A stretch of 63,641 nt of DNA, the filler included, from Choristocarpus tenellus KU-1152 (Eukaryota; Protista; Phaeophyceae): assembly GCA_964200185.2 (NCBI GenBank). It is 12 parts of 12 records of this genome, joined end to end, with 100 filler letters (N's around TTAATTAATTAA, not from the genome) between each part and the next. Parts side by side here need not be neighbours in the genome. Positions count along the whole stretch, not along the records: positions 33,249 to 37,312 come from CAXNAD020016407.1; positions 37,413 to 46,261 come from CAXNAD020004261.1; positions 46,362 to 50,152 come from CAXNAD020017902.1; 9 more parts are not named here. One strand, 5' to 3'. Below the pieces are notes generated by a model, which made no database searches, had not been told where the DNA came from, and saw nothing but the letters and a program-made list of their open reading frames with translations. Positions within the stretch are counted from its first letter, which is position 1. Every line of letters begins with the position of its first letter. Shown here piece by piece: positions 36,139 through 49,674 of this stretch. Both the position numbers and the translations under genes were made by a program.

Positions 36139-38584
36139 AGATAGTCTAGACCCGGTGTAGGACTATTATGGTGGTTCCACAAATATTTTGTCTCGTACTT
36201 CTACGATACGGTACGGCGGTAGTGGTTACCGTTAAAGTAAATTGCTGATATTTTTTAGAAGTGTTAAAGTAGAGAAAAAAAAGAAGAAAAGACGAATACT
36301 GCACTAATTTCTCATAAAATAAGAGATGTAGTTTCCAAGAAACTTCCCATATAAAATTAAATTAAAAGTGTACTACTACTTCAACTACTACTACTACTAG
36401 TAATAACCAACAACGTTCTGTTGGATAGTGTTCCCTATCGACCTATGTTCACAATGCTATGCCCCAGCCTAGCCCTACACAGAAGGTGGGTAACGAGCCT
36501 AGGAGGGAAGAGTCCCAAGAATCGGTGAGGCTCCTTTGGCCCTCAGGCCTGGTGTCTCTAGCTCGTAAGGGATGGAAAACATACCTGGAAAGAGTTACCT
36601 GTGTGCTGTGAAGGATAGCCATTTGTCTTCAAAGAGACAGCCCCTTTCCTACTGCAATCCTCAGCCCTTCTCTCCTCTACTACATGGGTGACCAACTCAC
36701 CAAGGAAGCTCGATGTTTGCTTAGCGTCCGAAAATTGAAATATTTGGACGGTAAGGGGTAGTAATTCTGGCATTTCCATGGTACACCACGCGATACTGAT
36801 TGCTATCGTCAGAATCCCACAGCATACTACCATGGTATACAATAAAGACTTTTAAACACTATACCATTTTTGGCGGTAATCACTACCGTGGCCGGCCTTG
36901 ACTACTAACATATACACTACTACTACTGGTAGTGGTGGTGGTGATGCTTCTGCTGCTACAACAACAACAATAGCAACAGAAGAGTTGGAGTGCACTGGGG
37001 AGATGCCTTGCCTTCGGGAGATATCCCCTACCTTCGGTAGATACCACAAAACACTTCAGTGTTATTTTTGAAACACAGGTCGGGGTTAGGGTTAGGACTA
37101 GATTAGATTATCGAAAAAAGGTTTTTATAGTGTTCCCGTCTCCCGAAGACAAGGGACCTCCCCTATGCACTGCAGAGTCAAACGAACTGAGAGGGTAGGG
37201 AAGGGAGGGATGCATTTTAAGAATCCTAAGGGCAAAAAAAAAAATCATAAAATTGCGCAAAGATACTTTGCTGAACGGAGGTGTCACTTTGTAGGACTTG
37301 AAACAAATAGAGNNNNNNNNNNNNNNNNNNNNNNNNNNNNNNNNNNNNNNNNNNNNTTAATTAATTAANNNNNNNNNNNNNNNNNNNNNNNNNNNNNNNN
37401 NNNNNNNNNNNNGTGAGGGGGGGGAGCTACAAAAAATTGAGAAGGACATTAGGATTTTGAAGTTAGGTGGGTGGGTGGGGGGTACAGTCTGGACCTGCTA
37501 ATAGTACATACTGAACACCTCAGGGTTAGGGTAAGGCAGAATAAGAATGCATAACAGCTATACAACCTACTACTGCCAAACTACAACTACATCCGATAGG
37601 GTATAGTTATCCCTAAAACTCAAACCCAGGCAAAAAACAATATCTGTCACACAGTGGTGTTATTGCACTGCACTACTCTTAACAAACCCAAACAATACTG
37701 TATTCTTTGGGGGGGCGGGGGAAGAGATATTATAAATTTTTTTTTACTCTGAGTAGATTCTATAGTACCATAGAATGAGATTGTAGGTGGTACTACTGCT
37801 GCTGCTTCTACTATATAAATATATTACTACCACTACTACTACTACTACTACTACTCATATGTCTGCCTCAGCATATATCTCAATGGAGTGGTGTCATGAA
37901 TGCAAGATTCTCTTGGCATCAGAAAAGAAATTAGTACCAAAATAGTGGTAGGTGGCACTACAAAGAACTTTGGAGCACAAACGGAATGTTTACCCCGAGC
38001 CCTAACCCTGAAACCATGAAATACTACACTGTGACAATTCCGGGAGCATATCTTTATTATCAGTATTGGACAAATAAAAGTATGCAAAACCTGAACTGGA
38101 ACAAAGTGATACAGTACAAATATGATAGTGAAAACTGGATATTCAAATTACCACCAGACACTGGACATAATTTTCAAAAAAATACGTGAGAAAGAAAATA
38201 AGTGTACCATGTAACCCTAACCCTAATGTAGTATATAAATGTCTTCTCCTTGTAGCTCCTCTCACGGCTGGGTTATTCATACCCCCCACACAACCTCTGT
38301 GTTGCTCACGAAATTTGTGTATATATATACTATATTATTACTATCACATAAATAAAAACACAGATGCATGTGAAAGCATCCATCTCTAAGACAAAATACA
38401 AGTACAAAAAAAAGGTATATACTTTATTCATGTAAAGCAGCTTTACTATCATAGGATAGCGTATAACACGATTGACTCTTCCCCCCCCCCCAAAAAAAAA
38501 TGTGCTCTTGGTTTGAGTACCCAAGCTATCATATACAAAACAACCACTGTGCAAGCCTAGACCCAAATGCATTGCATCGGAGAT

Positions 38585-38670
38585 GCATACACAAGACATC
38601 AAAGGCACACACAAGACATCAAAGGCATACACAAGACATCAAAGGCACACACAGGACATCAAAGTCACAC
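38585..38670. repeat. 20-bp minisatellite x4
   Basis: GCAYACACAAGACATCAAAG repeated, abutting a splice donor. Confidence 0.9.
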
Positions 38671-38672
38671 AC

Positions 38673-40256
38673 CCTCAAGACCCTTGCATCGAACGACTTG
38701 CGCACCACCTCTACATCAGCTTCCTCAAGCTTATCCCCGTTCTTCATCCCCAGCTTCTTGGCAACTGCAACTAACACCTGTGAGAAAAGAACAAAAACAA
38801 AGAGGAAGGAAGCATCAAATGCCATGGAAGTAGAAGTGGCAGGTGGGTTTAGAAAAGCATCTATTGCTTGATATTGCATTTGGTACAGTAGATGGAGAAT
38901 TCAAATGGAAGGTCGTGATTGGTAATGGTGTTTTGATAGGAGTGGTAGGTCCCATTGTAGAAATAAATTAATTCCATCAACAAAAAAAAAAGCTCAATAA
39001 TACTTGTAGAATACTTCTATTATTGGAAAAAAATAAGTTGATCAATTTGATGTTGCCAGTGGAGATAAACTGCCACCATATTGATGCAGTGCAGAGGCAA
39101 TCGGAATGGGGTAGCATAGTTCTACTGCGGAGATGAGGACCTTGTTCTCAATACACTACGATTGTTGGGGAGGTAGAATGTTACCCCTACTACCCAAAAC
39201 ATTGGAACAGAAATTATGGGGTCAACAAAAAGATTCTAGCAGCCATTCCAACAAGTCAGGTGTGGCAATGGTTCCCTCCCTGTAGATCTTGCGGGGAAAA
39301 TAAGTGGTACTCCTGCATCGTGATAGTATTCCTACTACGTAGTGCTATGGTTCAAATGGTATAAGGCGGCATGCCACGGCAAGACTACATTCGGAACGAA
39401 CTTTGATGCCACTCTGGAGCAAGTTACAGGGATTGAGCTGTATCCCAGCTGCACTGACTCCTAGTTTTCTTCGTCATTAAGACAAAATTCTATGCAAACA
39501 TGGATAAACTCATCCACGGAATATCCACTGGAGTTGCAGATCTAGAAAGCGATGCGAATGGTTTGCCGCGATGTAAGCACAAGTGTAGCACCTCACCTCT
39601 GGGGTTATTTGCCACACGTCCTTTCCAGGATCTTGAGATAAAGGAACTTCTACATTGAAGAGTCGCCATCGAGGCACGTCGGCGTGCTGTTGTTGATCCT
39701 TCACAGTGCCAAACTTGGCACCAGAGCTTGTATTGCTGGTTATTAGTCTTCCTTGACTCCGACGACCCTTATTTGGTTGCGAGGAGTGTCTCCCACCTGA
39801 ACTACTGCTGTCAGATCTATCACGACCAACACCCCCGGAGGTAACCTTTCCATTCGACCCAGTCCCCGCCGTGCCTGGCATGGATATTGGAGAGGTGAGG
39901 GTGTAGGTTCAATACGCCATCATTGATTGCCATGGAGAAGGTTATCACCTCATATTGGGAGAAGTCCGAAAAAGAGAACGTCGGCCACCATCAATAAGTC
40001 CACGGTATGGGAATATTGGATATGGGAGGGTGCCTCTGTAGGAAATAAGCCAACCAAAATTTTGATTGGTTGCAACCTCACCATCAAGAGGGCCTCCCCA
40101 TTTCACGGACCGGGATCGTCGCTTGTATAACGCAGAGCGACCTGCTAGCCCTGGTATATTGAAGGAAACCAACAGGAGTGGGAAGCTGGCTAGAATGATC
40201 AATGTGACGGCCTTCCTTGCACATCTGAGATTTCTTTCCTGGTGCCTAGTCCTCAT
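38673..40256 (-). CDS. FAD-dependent oxidoreductase, PDE327/At4g30720-like (COG2509 type), 5' exons; probably plastid-targeted
   Basis: Exons 40256-40082, 39874-39597 and 38777-38673 splice in frame at GT-AG. Motifs WRLFNVEVPLSQDPGKD and VAKKLG...VVRKSFDAR match the family N-terminus. Hydrophobic signal followed by VSF. Remaining exons not found before the linker. Confidence 0.8.
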
Positions 40257-40669
40257 CCTCCTCTCCAAAGTGCCTACTTGCTGCGACGCTCAGCAGATCG
40301 TACTTCAATTAGCAGTTGACGCCTACCAACTGCTTTCTTCAAGAAAGTTTCGAGTGCGGTAGTGCTACTTTACAGTATTCATCCTACCGTGCTCTCTCGC
40401 TCCTCTCATCCTCGTTCAACCTAATAATTGAAGGTTATTCAACTTTCGATGAACATCCAACACTCTTGAAGTGGAAACCCAGCAAACTTGCAGTCCTACA
40501 CCAAAAATCCTTAATCGCTCAACATATCAAAGTACTTCCTCCGTTCATGTATTGCACCTTCCTAATCCTGTGTGAAGTCTGACCCGGACTCCAGGTGCCC
40601 CTACATGGTCGACGGGTGAACCTTCTTCTTGCACAGCACTGAAGCAAGGTGCTCTCCTACCACTGTAAA
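40257..40669. promoter_or_regulatory. Putative bidirectional promoter
   Basis: 413 bp between two divergent ATGs; inferred from gene geometry only. Confidence 0.5.
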
Positions 40670-43600
40670 ATGCCAGGAATTGCATCCGTTTTGTTTTCAG
40701 GGGTTGTGGTGTCAACTCTCCGACCAGGAACAAGCTTCCTACCACCAGTCAACACTGCCAACACCCTTTCCAAGTCAAGCATAAACCATCGAACTCAGAA
40801 AAGTCGAAAATCTCCATTACCTGCACCAACTGCACACACCGGGCAGCAAGCGGACGACAAAAAGGATGTCAGGGACATACCAGGGCAGCGAGTCCCGGTC
40901 ACTTCGCAAAGAAGGCAGGCAAACATTGTACAGCAGAGGACGGCCCTTCGGGAACTCGAAGACCATCTAATTAGTAAGTCCTTTTATCATGCTTTCTGCT
41001 CTGCAACGAGACCCGTAGTTCATGCTTAGGACGCCGTTCCTAAACATAATGTCGTCAAGATATGACCACCTGACCAACCCCTCCCCTCCTCGATCAGGAT
41101 TCGGTCGGACACGCATGTGGCGCAATGGACTCGATGCCATCAATCAGGCAAGGAGATCTGGTATTCCTTTAAACGCCAGAATGTATACCTGTGCCATAAA
41201 TGTCATGGGCCAGGGCGGAAGGTGAGCCTACTTTTCACCCAATGGTGCATGGTGGATGTCAATGGGAGGTGGTGCGACGAGCAGGTCATACCGCGACGCC
41301 AACCTGCTAGTCTTGTTGTATACACTAACCTACTTCCCTCTTGAGTACTCGTTAGAGGTGGAGTGTACAGGCAGCCGATCTTCTAGTTGATCTCGATTTG
41401 TGGCCATGTCATTCGGATTGTGTAACGGCATGTCTGGTTTCAGTAATCGATGAGAATTTCATTAATTGCTGACATCCTGCACCCTTAACAAAAAATTGGC
41501 TCCTCCCTCTAATTTAAAGTGTCCTCTCCCGAATCCCCTGCCTACATTGAGCCTGATAATCCCTCTAGCTCTTCTGTATTCAAGGCCCTGGGAGACTATC
41601 ATACAGAATTCACTCCCTTTTGTGTTAGGCACACCATGGTCAAAGGTAGTGCAGTGTATTAATCAGACCTCAATCGGGGAAAACAACAGAAGTGGGTGAG
41701 GGGACGTGAGGAGGGAAAAACCACTCTTGTAAGGTGTTGCTGATTCTCCTGTCTCTAGAGTCCTATCCAATATTCTGCTCATGGGTTTCTCACAAGGACC
41801 TTAGTCTGCCTGGATTAGAAATGGAAAGGAAACTGTATTTATCGAATTTTGCATCATTTTTCTAACTAAGTTGCATCTAAGGTGCATACAAACACGGCAA
41901 CGGACATTGAAAGTTACCACACCATTGGTAAGTACTTGCCTACACCTAAGAGTTCTCCCCTCCCTCATCTCAACCCAAAATGGTGTTGGGGCAGGTGGAA
42001 GGAGGCGCTGGATCTCCTGGATACCATGACAGCTGAGGGTGTGAAACCAACATTGGTCAGCTACAATGCTGCCCTTCATGCCTGCTCAAGGGCTAGTAGA
42101 TGGGAGGCCTCAGAGAGGATAATGGATCGAATCAGGGCTGCAGGTCTAACACCCGACCTGTACACCTTCTCCACGATCCTGTCTGGCTGTGCAAGGGCCG
42201 GCCGGGCGGATAGAGCGATTTCTTTGCTGAACAGTATGCAGGAGGATGTAGGGATTGAACCTAACCAAGTCTGTTATGCCTCGGCCATGGATGCTTGTCG
42301 AGGCGCTGGGGCATGGGAGCGTGCTCAGGATATATTACAGCGCATGTGTTCTGCAGGGATAGAGCCAACACCAGTAATATATCTTGCTTCCATCGGTTCT
42401 TGTGTGCAACAAGGGAAAGGGGAGGTCGCAGTGGAGTTCTTGGAGCGGATGAAGGCTGCTTCTGGTGCTACTGTTGCCGCTACTAGCTCCACCAGCGTGA
42501 CAGGTAAGGGTGATGTCAACAACTACCATTTCCCAGATGATCCTGATGATGTTGTGTTTGATGTATTCACAAGATCACCCAATCTCAGGAGTGATCGACC
42601 CACAATGAACTTGTTTGGGGCAGGAGATGAAATGAGGCACTCTCTGCTAGTGATGTTTCTAACACAGTGTATTGTCCTGTGAGAGTGCATCCGTATTATT
42701 GGCCCCACTTAGCATGATTTTAAACAGGTGCACATGCTACCGTCTTGGACATGTTAAGTAGGTAATGGGTTGTCTCCCTTCTCCATGCTGGTTAGGCTTT
42801 CCATTAGCCCTAATTCAACCCATGCTACATATCCCAGAAATTGTTCTGTGTCTCCCCCTACAAGGAGAAGAAATTGATCTGCAGTTAGACCAACGGTGCA
42901 GAATAACTGTCCAAGAAAACCTTTGACAGCATTTTGGGAATATTACCTGTACTGCCATGTGTTTATATTGTATGGTCATACTGTCTGACTGCTCGTTTTT
43001 TAACTGTTGAAAGTCTGAGGTTTAATGATTAAGTTGGTGGGCCACCCTAGGAAAGAACCTGTTCTTTTCTTGCTCCCTACATAACAACCCTCCAAAAGCT
43101 GATGGGTGTTGGGTTTCACCTCGTACGTGTTACGGTACTAGAGATTTTGTTGGTTGCGCTTACTGCACCCGCTATGATACTACTATCAACACATCCTGTG
43201 CTGGAAGTGTCGAACCATCTCTTTTCTTTTCTTTTTGCTGTGAATTTTTGTCTGATGCCCCTGAAACTGATACCAATTAGTACCTATTATATTATGTACT
43301 TTTGCCTCTGATCTCCCATTTTGCCCTGTGGCCGAAGCAGATGTCTCTGTGGCCACTTCTAATTCTGCGGTTGCTCCAGCCCCTAATCTCTGTGCCGAGC
43401 CTCTGCTTCTCCCAGCCTATGCTGCAGTGGCCAACGCTTATGCAAGGGATGGAAAACCTGACCGGGTGTGTGATCTCCTGTCGGAGATGCGTGCAGGTGG
43501 ACTGAAACCCCAAGTTGAGCACCTCAACGCCTTGACAGCTGCCCTGGCCATGAGTGGAAATTGGGAGGAGGCTGTGGAGTCATTGGAGGAGGCAAGGGTG

Positions 43601-44290
43601 GCCAAGGTGGGGCCAGACACTGTTGGATATAACCATGCCATTGTGGGCTGTGTCCGGGCAGGGGAGTGGCAGAAGGCACTACAGGTCCTAGACTGGCTTA
43701 GAGGAGAAGGGGGGGAGAGTGGAGTGAGGCCGGATATGGGTAGCTTCAATGCTGGACTTGAGGCTTGTGCTATGGGTGGTGATGCCAATCAGGCGTTAGA
43801 ATTGCTAGGAGAAATGGAGAAGGCCTCTTCTGTAGACGGGAATGGGTCTGGGGCAGGGGGGCAGTCAGGGCGAAGCGGGGGGCGCGGTAGGGGACGAGGG
43901 GGAGGGAAGGGAGGGAGGCGGGGGATGCTTCGCCCAGATAAGGTCAGCTATGGGTTTGCAATAACAGCGTGTGGGCTGTCTGCGAGGTGGAATGCCGCAC
44001 TGGGTTTGCTAGAGAAAATGAGGCAGGGGGGAGTACGGCCCGATCAGCGTTGTTACATTGGGGTCATTGCAGCGTTTGTTGAGGGCGGGGAGATGGTGAG
44101 GGCAGCAGTAATGGCTGAGACAATGCGGGACGATGGTGTGCGTTTGAGTAAGGGAGGTGCCAAGGCTCTGAAGGATATATTTAAACAGGAGGGTATTGGG
44201 AAGGAGGTGGGGGTACGAGGGCTGGGTGTGATTGAGGAGATGCTGGGGGGAAACGTTCCTGAGGTGGAAGCCAGGAGAACGGAGGAATGA
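40670..44290 (+). CDS. Pentatricopeptide-repeat protein, 4 exons, 628 aa, probably plastid-targeted
   Basis: Exons 40670-40973, 41098-41221, 41995-42503 and 43341-44290 join in frame (1887 nt) at GT-AG. Canonical PPR motifs (VSYNAALHACSRASRWEASERIMDRIRAAGLTPD). N-terminus MPGIASVLFSGVVVSTLRPGTSF. Confidence 0.9.
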
Positions 44291-47200
44291 CAAAAGGGGG
44301 GGCTGGGGCCGGGGGGGTCAGGGTGGACCGGTGGGGATGAGGTTGAGTTAATTTATTGGGGAGAAATGGAGATATTTAACTTGGTTCATGGTGTTGGTTT
44401 GGTCTGGAGGCAGAACAGGAAAGGATGGGCTCTTTTCCGGTAACTGTAAGCAAATTGGGGATTGCTGCTGTGAACAATTCAGTGGTTGGCAGAGTGGTGT
44501 GTGTATTGGCAGTGTATGGATATACCTGGTGACAGTGTAAGTGTAAGGTATAGTACCTCTTATAAAAATGAAGGATAAATTAGGTAGTCATTTTTCGTTT
44601 TTTTTTCATGCCGTGCTAGTTCATACCTTGATGTGATACCTGTGTCCTATTTTAGAGGGAGGAGAGTTGAGTCTGACTTTTGATTGAAAACTCTTCACTG
44701 AAGGATGCACCGATTGTTGTTTTTTCTGCTTTTATTGGATAATCTAGAGTGTTTCAGTTAGCACCAGTAGCAATTAGCACCTTGAAGATGTGACAAAGGT
44801 AGAGATACTTCCCGGTGGAGATAGAGTAAAGAACTAGTCTCCTCCTTTCATGTCCCTTCCCAGACTTGTTTGACATTTGAACGCCTAGAGAGTGATCTCA
44901 AGTCTCTCTCAAAATAGTATAATAATTGGTGCATACACCTTGACTGGCCTCAAATTGAACACACTCATAGTGTCCTCATCATAGACAATGATCCTCCTCC
45001 ACCCTAACCCTAACCCTAAGTCTTCGTGAATGAGAGGAAATAATGCGCATGATCTGAGGGTATTGCTCAGATGAATGGACTACCATACAATGTATTAGAA
45101 ATATTTGCATTTTGACGCTGTGTAAGCCTTGCACCAATCACAAGAGATACTGTTAGTTGTAGTCGATAGCATTAAATCTGTTCAGATACATCATACAATA
45201 ATTATTTGAAATTTGCACATAGCTCCATTATCAGGTCAATTTCTTTCTACAACCAAGAACCGTGTCGTATCACCTCGTCATGTTGGGAAAATCTTACGCG
45301 AACCACAAGGAATTAGAGTGCAGCCAAGTGTCTATCCAGATACATTACACTACGTAGTACATTTTTATAATTATGTTTTTCTGATGAAACAGGCCCCTGT
45401 TTCTTTGTTCTACTCCTTTAGTTGTAAGTCAACATAGGGCTTTTTGTTTTTGTGTTGGCAATGGTTACAGTCATGCTTTGTACACTATTATTGTTATTAT
45501 TATTATTACTATTTTGCTATGTACAGAGCGATAGAAGCCCCAAAGCAGGGGGGATGTAGACAGGGATCTAAAATGAGACCGGGTGCCCATTTCCCGAGAA
45601 AGGAGAGAGATTGCTGGTGACTAATTGTTGGGGGTTGGCAAAGGTCAATAAGAGGTATATGGTATTCCTTATATTGCAGACAACATAAGCTGTACTGGAA
45701 ACTACCATTGTCAGGCTCTCTCTGCTTCATGCTGCAACACCAACTACACCTCAATCCTATTTACAGAGACCTTTGAATGGGGAGGGGGTCACATCAGTGA
45801 GGCATACCTATGATATAATATATATAATACTTCTGTAATTTGATATCTCTAGTTTATTCTTCCTAGAGGGCATTGAATGCTGTGGTGAAGGCCTAGAAGG
45901 GTCACGTTGTTCATGTGCCTGGGCTGCGCCAGAGTTAACAGGAGTTACAGTTCTGAAACAGAATTGTCTATCCATCTTGGATGCCCCCAAATTGATCCTT
46001 TGGATTTAAAACAACCGCTAATGTTGTGGTCTGTTGTCTTTTCACTGCTTGAAATTGTTTGCATACCTCCTTGTGGAGGGAGACTACTTTAAAACACTAG
46101 CCTGTACTAGTGTATGGTTGCAAGCCTGTGTTTGCTGTTTGATGCTGGTTAACATACAGTCCACTTGTTCTTTGTGCTTCCATGATTCTTCTCAGCACTT
46201 CTTCTACAGTACATGTTATAGAAGCTACAATACAAGGTCCAAAGTATTTGGGAGGGGGGTGNNNNNNNNNNNNNNNNNNNNNNNNNNNNNNNNNNNNNNN
46301 NNNNNTTAATTAATTAANNNNNNNNNNNNNNNNNNNNNNNNNNNNNNNNNNNNNNNNNNNNCCCCCCCCCAGATACTTTTGGCCCAATTCAATGTCCTTA
46401 CACACCATCCGCTCCTCATTGTGGAACAAATTTCACATCCCACAACTGTGCAGGTCTTCAAACACAAGCAGACTCTACATTCTAAATAGATACACTATTA
46501 ATTTCTGCCTGCCTCCACCTATCCCCCCCCCCCAACTTTTCAAGTACAATGTGATCAACCAATGACAACGTAAGTATTAGAACCTCACTCGTTTGCACCA
46601 GTACAACGTGTGTGACACGAACCGCATTCAAGCATGCATATACACTGCACACAACTCCAGCAAATAAGGTAAACACGGGGAAAAGCAAAAGTAGCAAAGA
46701 GAGCTAATGGCGCAAGAACAAAAAGAAAGTGCAAATGCTGTTGAACACGTAGACCACAGTGAAATGGAAAATAAGAAGTATCAGCATTAAAAAATATATA
46801 TTTGAGAGAGAGTTAAGATAAACAACTACCGTTCCAAGAAGCAAAAACACACCAACGCCATCAACAACATTGACATGATTTTACATTGTCGTGTCTAGAC
46901 TCCCTGTTCGGAACGCCTCCAGGTCGGTCCTCATACAATGCAAGAACAACAGTTTCAGTTGAGGTGATTACTACTAAGAGCAAGGGGGTGGGAGGAAGAG
47001 GGGGGGGGGTTACGGAAGAAAATTGAGGGACAGAAAGTGTGAAGGACATCAATGTGAGAGTAAACAACTGCCCAAGAAAAAACCAAATCAAAGACACTAC
47101 TGTACAGCTTACTACTATCAAGCACTGTATGAAAGATTGCTCTTCAGCATTAACTCAATAGTCACCTGTAGTCAAGGGTTGCACCAAACAAGACCCGGGT

Positions 47201-47632
47201 CAGCGATCAACAGCAAAACTAAGAGGTCATTATTCATTAAAACATGCCTATATAAAGAGCCAAGTCAATCAGCAGAGTGCAGAACAGGGCATGTTCAAAC
47301 ACTGATATAGAGTTGAAGCAAGCGCTCATAGGGGGCGGCTGCAAAAGCACCAAGTTTTCAAAACTGTAAGAATGCCTCACAAATGAAGAAAATATTTGCA
47401 GCAAGACCCACTTCTAAAGCAGCAGCATTCTGATCACAACCAACACATACAAAAATACCAAATACCAATAACTGAACTTGTTTCCATAACTTTTGTTGAC
47501 AGTTACACACATATCCAGTACGCATATCACGATGAGTAGAGGACCACGCACAATTTGTTCATCCTTTTGTTAATACATTTGTGAGAAGCAATGACATAGG
47601 GAATTCATCATCCCATGTGTGTTTGTGCTTAC

Positions 47633-49674
47633 ATCCACCGTGAAGAATGCGGTAGATCTTCGACTCGTACAAAAGCTGTGGATGTTTGGTCTTAGTCGAT
47701 TCTAACTTGATCGCCACCTGAACAGGTTTGTCAGAGGATAGCAAAGTTAGAACAAAAAGAATCGGGTGGTATAAGATGTACATTTAATGTTTCCAAGAAA
47801 AGTCAGTGTCACCATATCAGTACTACAAGATCAGATAAGAAAAAAAAATCAAGAACATCATACAGCTATTTGGAGCAGTGATTTGACAAAAGAAAATAGA
47901 ACATAGATATTTTTTAATAATCGGAAAATTAAAACATTAATCATCACGCTGACACTGAGCACGAGAAACGTTGCAATGGGGGGAGGGGGAGGGACACAAG
48001 GGGGAAAGGGAGGGTGGACACCTGAACATTATCTAGGGCTGCCACGCATTGATACAATATTCACAGCAAGGTAGAGGAAGAGGACAGGGGGTAAGGGGAC
48101 GAGAATTCGACATAAACCATTTGATTCCGTTGTACATTTTGTAGAACAAATAAAGATGACTTGAAATGTGAAGGAACAAAGTGGTAAGAAAGGTATGCCC
48201 AAAAAAAGAAAGGAATATCTCTTCCATTCAGAGGACTAAGTTCCAAGAACAGGTCTTTTCAGAAAACAATGTAGAATGACAACAGAGAGGAAAGAGAGGC
48301 AGAGAGAGAGAGAGAGCAGGCACGCTAGCAAGTTGAAAATATCATTACCTCTTGACCATGCCTACTCTTTCCCACACAGAAGTCTTTAGCATATAGAAGG
48401 CTGCAAACATCTTGCTCAATTTCCTTCACAAAAAAACACAAATGTACAAACTCCACTACCCTCTTGATCAGCACTACAAGTATTAAAAAATTAATGGGAC
48501 AGCTGAGGGGGTTGGGGAGGGCATTGGGGAAAAACAAGATAAAAAATGCCACCCTAAGGAACAGTGTTTCAACCTAATCCAAGCAACAAATCAAAATTCT
48601 TGATTGAATGAGCCAAGATGCTTGTGCTAATACATGCTACAGTTTTGGAACAGTTCCAGAAAGACTTGTGCATTTCACTACCATGGACTCCCCTTATTCT
48701 CCCCAGTGATTACAACACATTATCCTTTAATACACAAATTTTGGAACATGATGAAGGCGTTATCTACACCCCCCAAAAAGTAGCTATGCTCTAAATTATT
48801 GTACGTAGTAGGCCAGCACACATGCAAGAAAGAAAAATGTCATTCACCAGCACTCTCTAGAAGAAAATCTCAGTCCTCTCTATGAAGACTTCCAAGCTGT
48901 GCAGAATATCATGCAAGAGGCTGAGTCTTGCCTCATCAAGAGGAAGGTTGTCTATATATTCGGCAGTAACATATGCATGAAAGGGATTTTTGTCTGAAGG
49001 CTGTAGGTACCAACAGGAAAAAAAAAATCCCAGCTATCAATCATCTCCATTAAGCAATAAAGGAGAGGGGCAGTCAAATCGAGCAACAATTCAGAACTTT
49101 CCCCTCAACTATTTTTTTCGTAAGGAGAAAAAAACAAGAGTAAAGAATCACATACATTACCTCATACCTTGCAAAAATCACAAGATAAAAATGTGGTTGC
49201 ATGGAGATCTTTCTCTCCCCGTTTCCATCATGTTTTAACACAAGCTCCAGTTCACTTCAAGATCACAAAAATATATCACAAAAACAAACAATACAAAAAA
49301 AAATGGCCAATGCCTACCTACTTAAAAAATTGTATCACTACCATGCAAAAAAGAGAAGAGAGAGGGGAGACAGACACAGCAGGATGTCCATTATCTAAGA
49401 GACATTCCGTGTAACTCATGTCAGAACAAAGAGTTGGCATGAGCCTGCTTCTATTTATTAAGCCAAAAACACCCCTTCCATCTAACACAAAAACTCTCAC
49501 AAAACAACTGCAGAAAGAGGGGCTACATAAAATACATAAACGAATTTACATAGACAACTTAACAAAACACACCTCCTCCCCTGTGGTCATATTGGTACCG
49601 AGGTAGATGTCCCCGAAGGACCCACTGCCGATCTTCCGCCCCAGACGGTATTTCTTTCCTACTCGCAACTCCAT
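47633..49674 (-). CDS. CK1: Casein kinase 1, first two coding exons (partial)
   Basis: Exon 49674-49573 [34 protein letters not shown]; exon 47717-47633 [28 protein letters not shown]. Confidence 0.96.

Larger units (their letters stand above)
33335..36150 (-). mobile_element. 5'-truncated, decayed non-LTR retrotransposon (RT plus restriction-like endonuclease; CRE-like)
   Basis: RT SYLDD (~35915), LRAPVGTDEFV (~35700), C-terminal VERFGRLDKQGVSFLDGLATHV (33365-33637); second copy at 57139-60350 and a 3' fragment at ~36465-36730. Confidence 0.75.
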
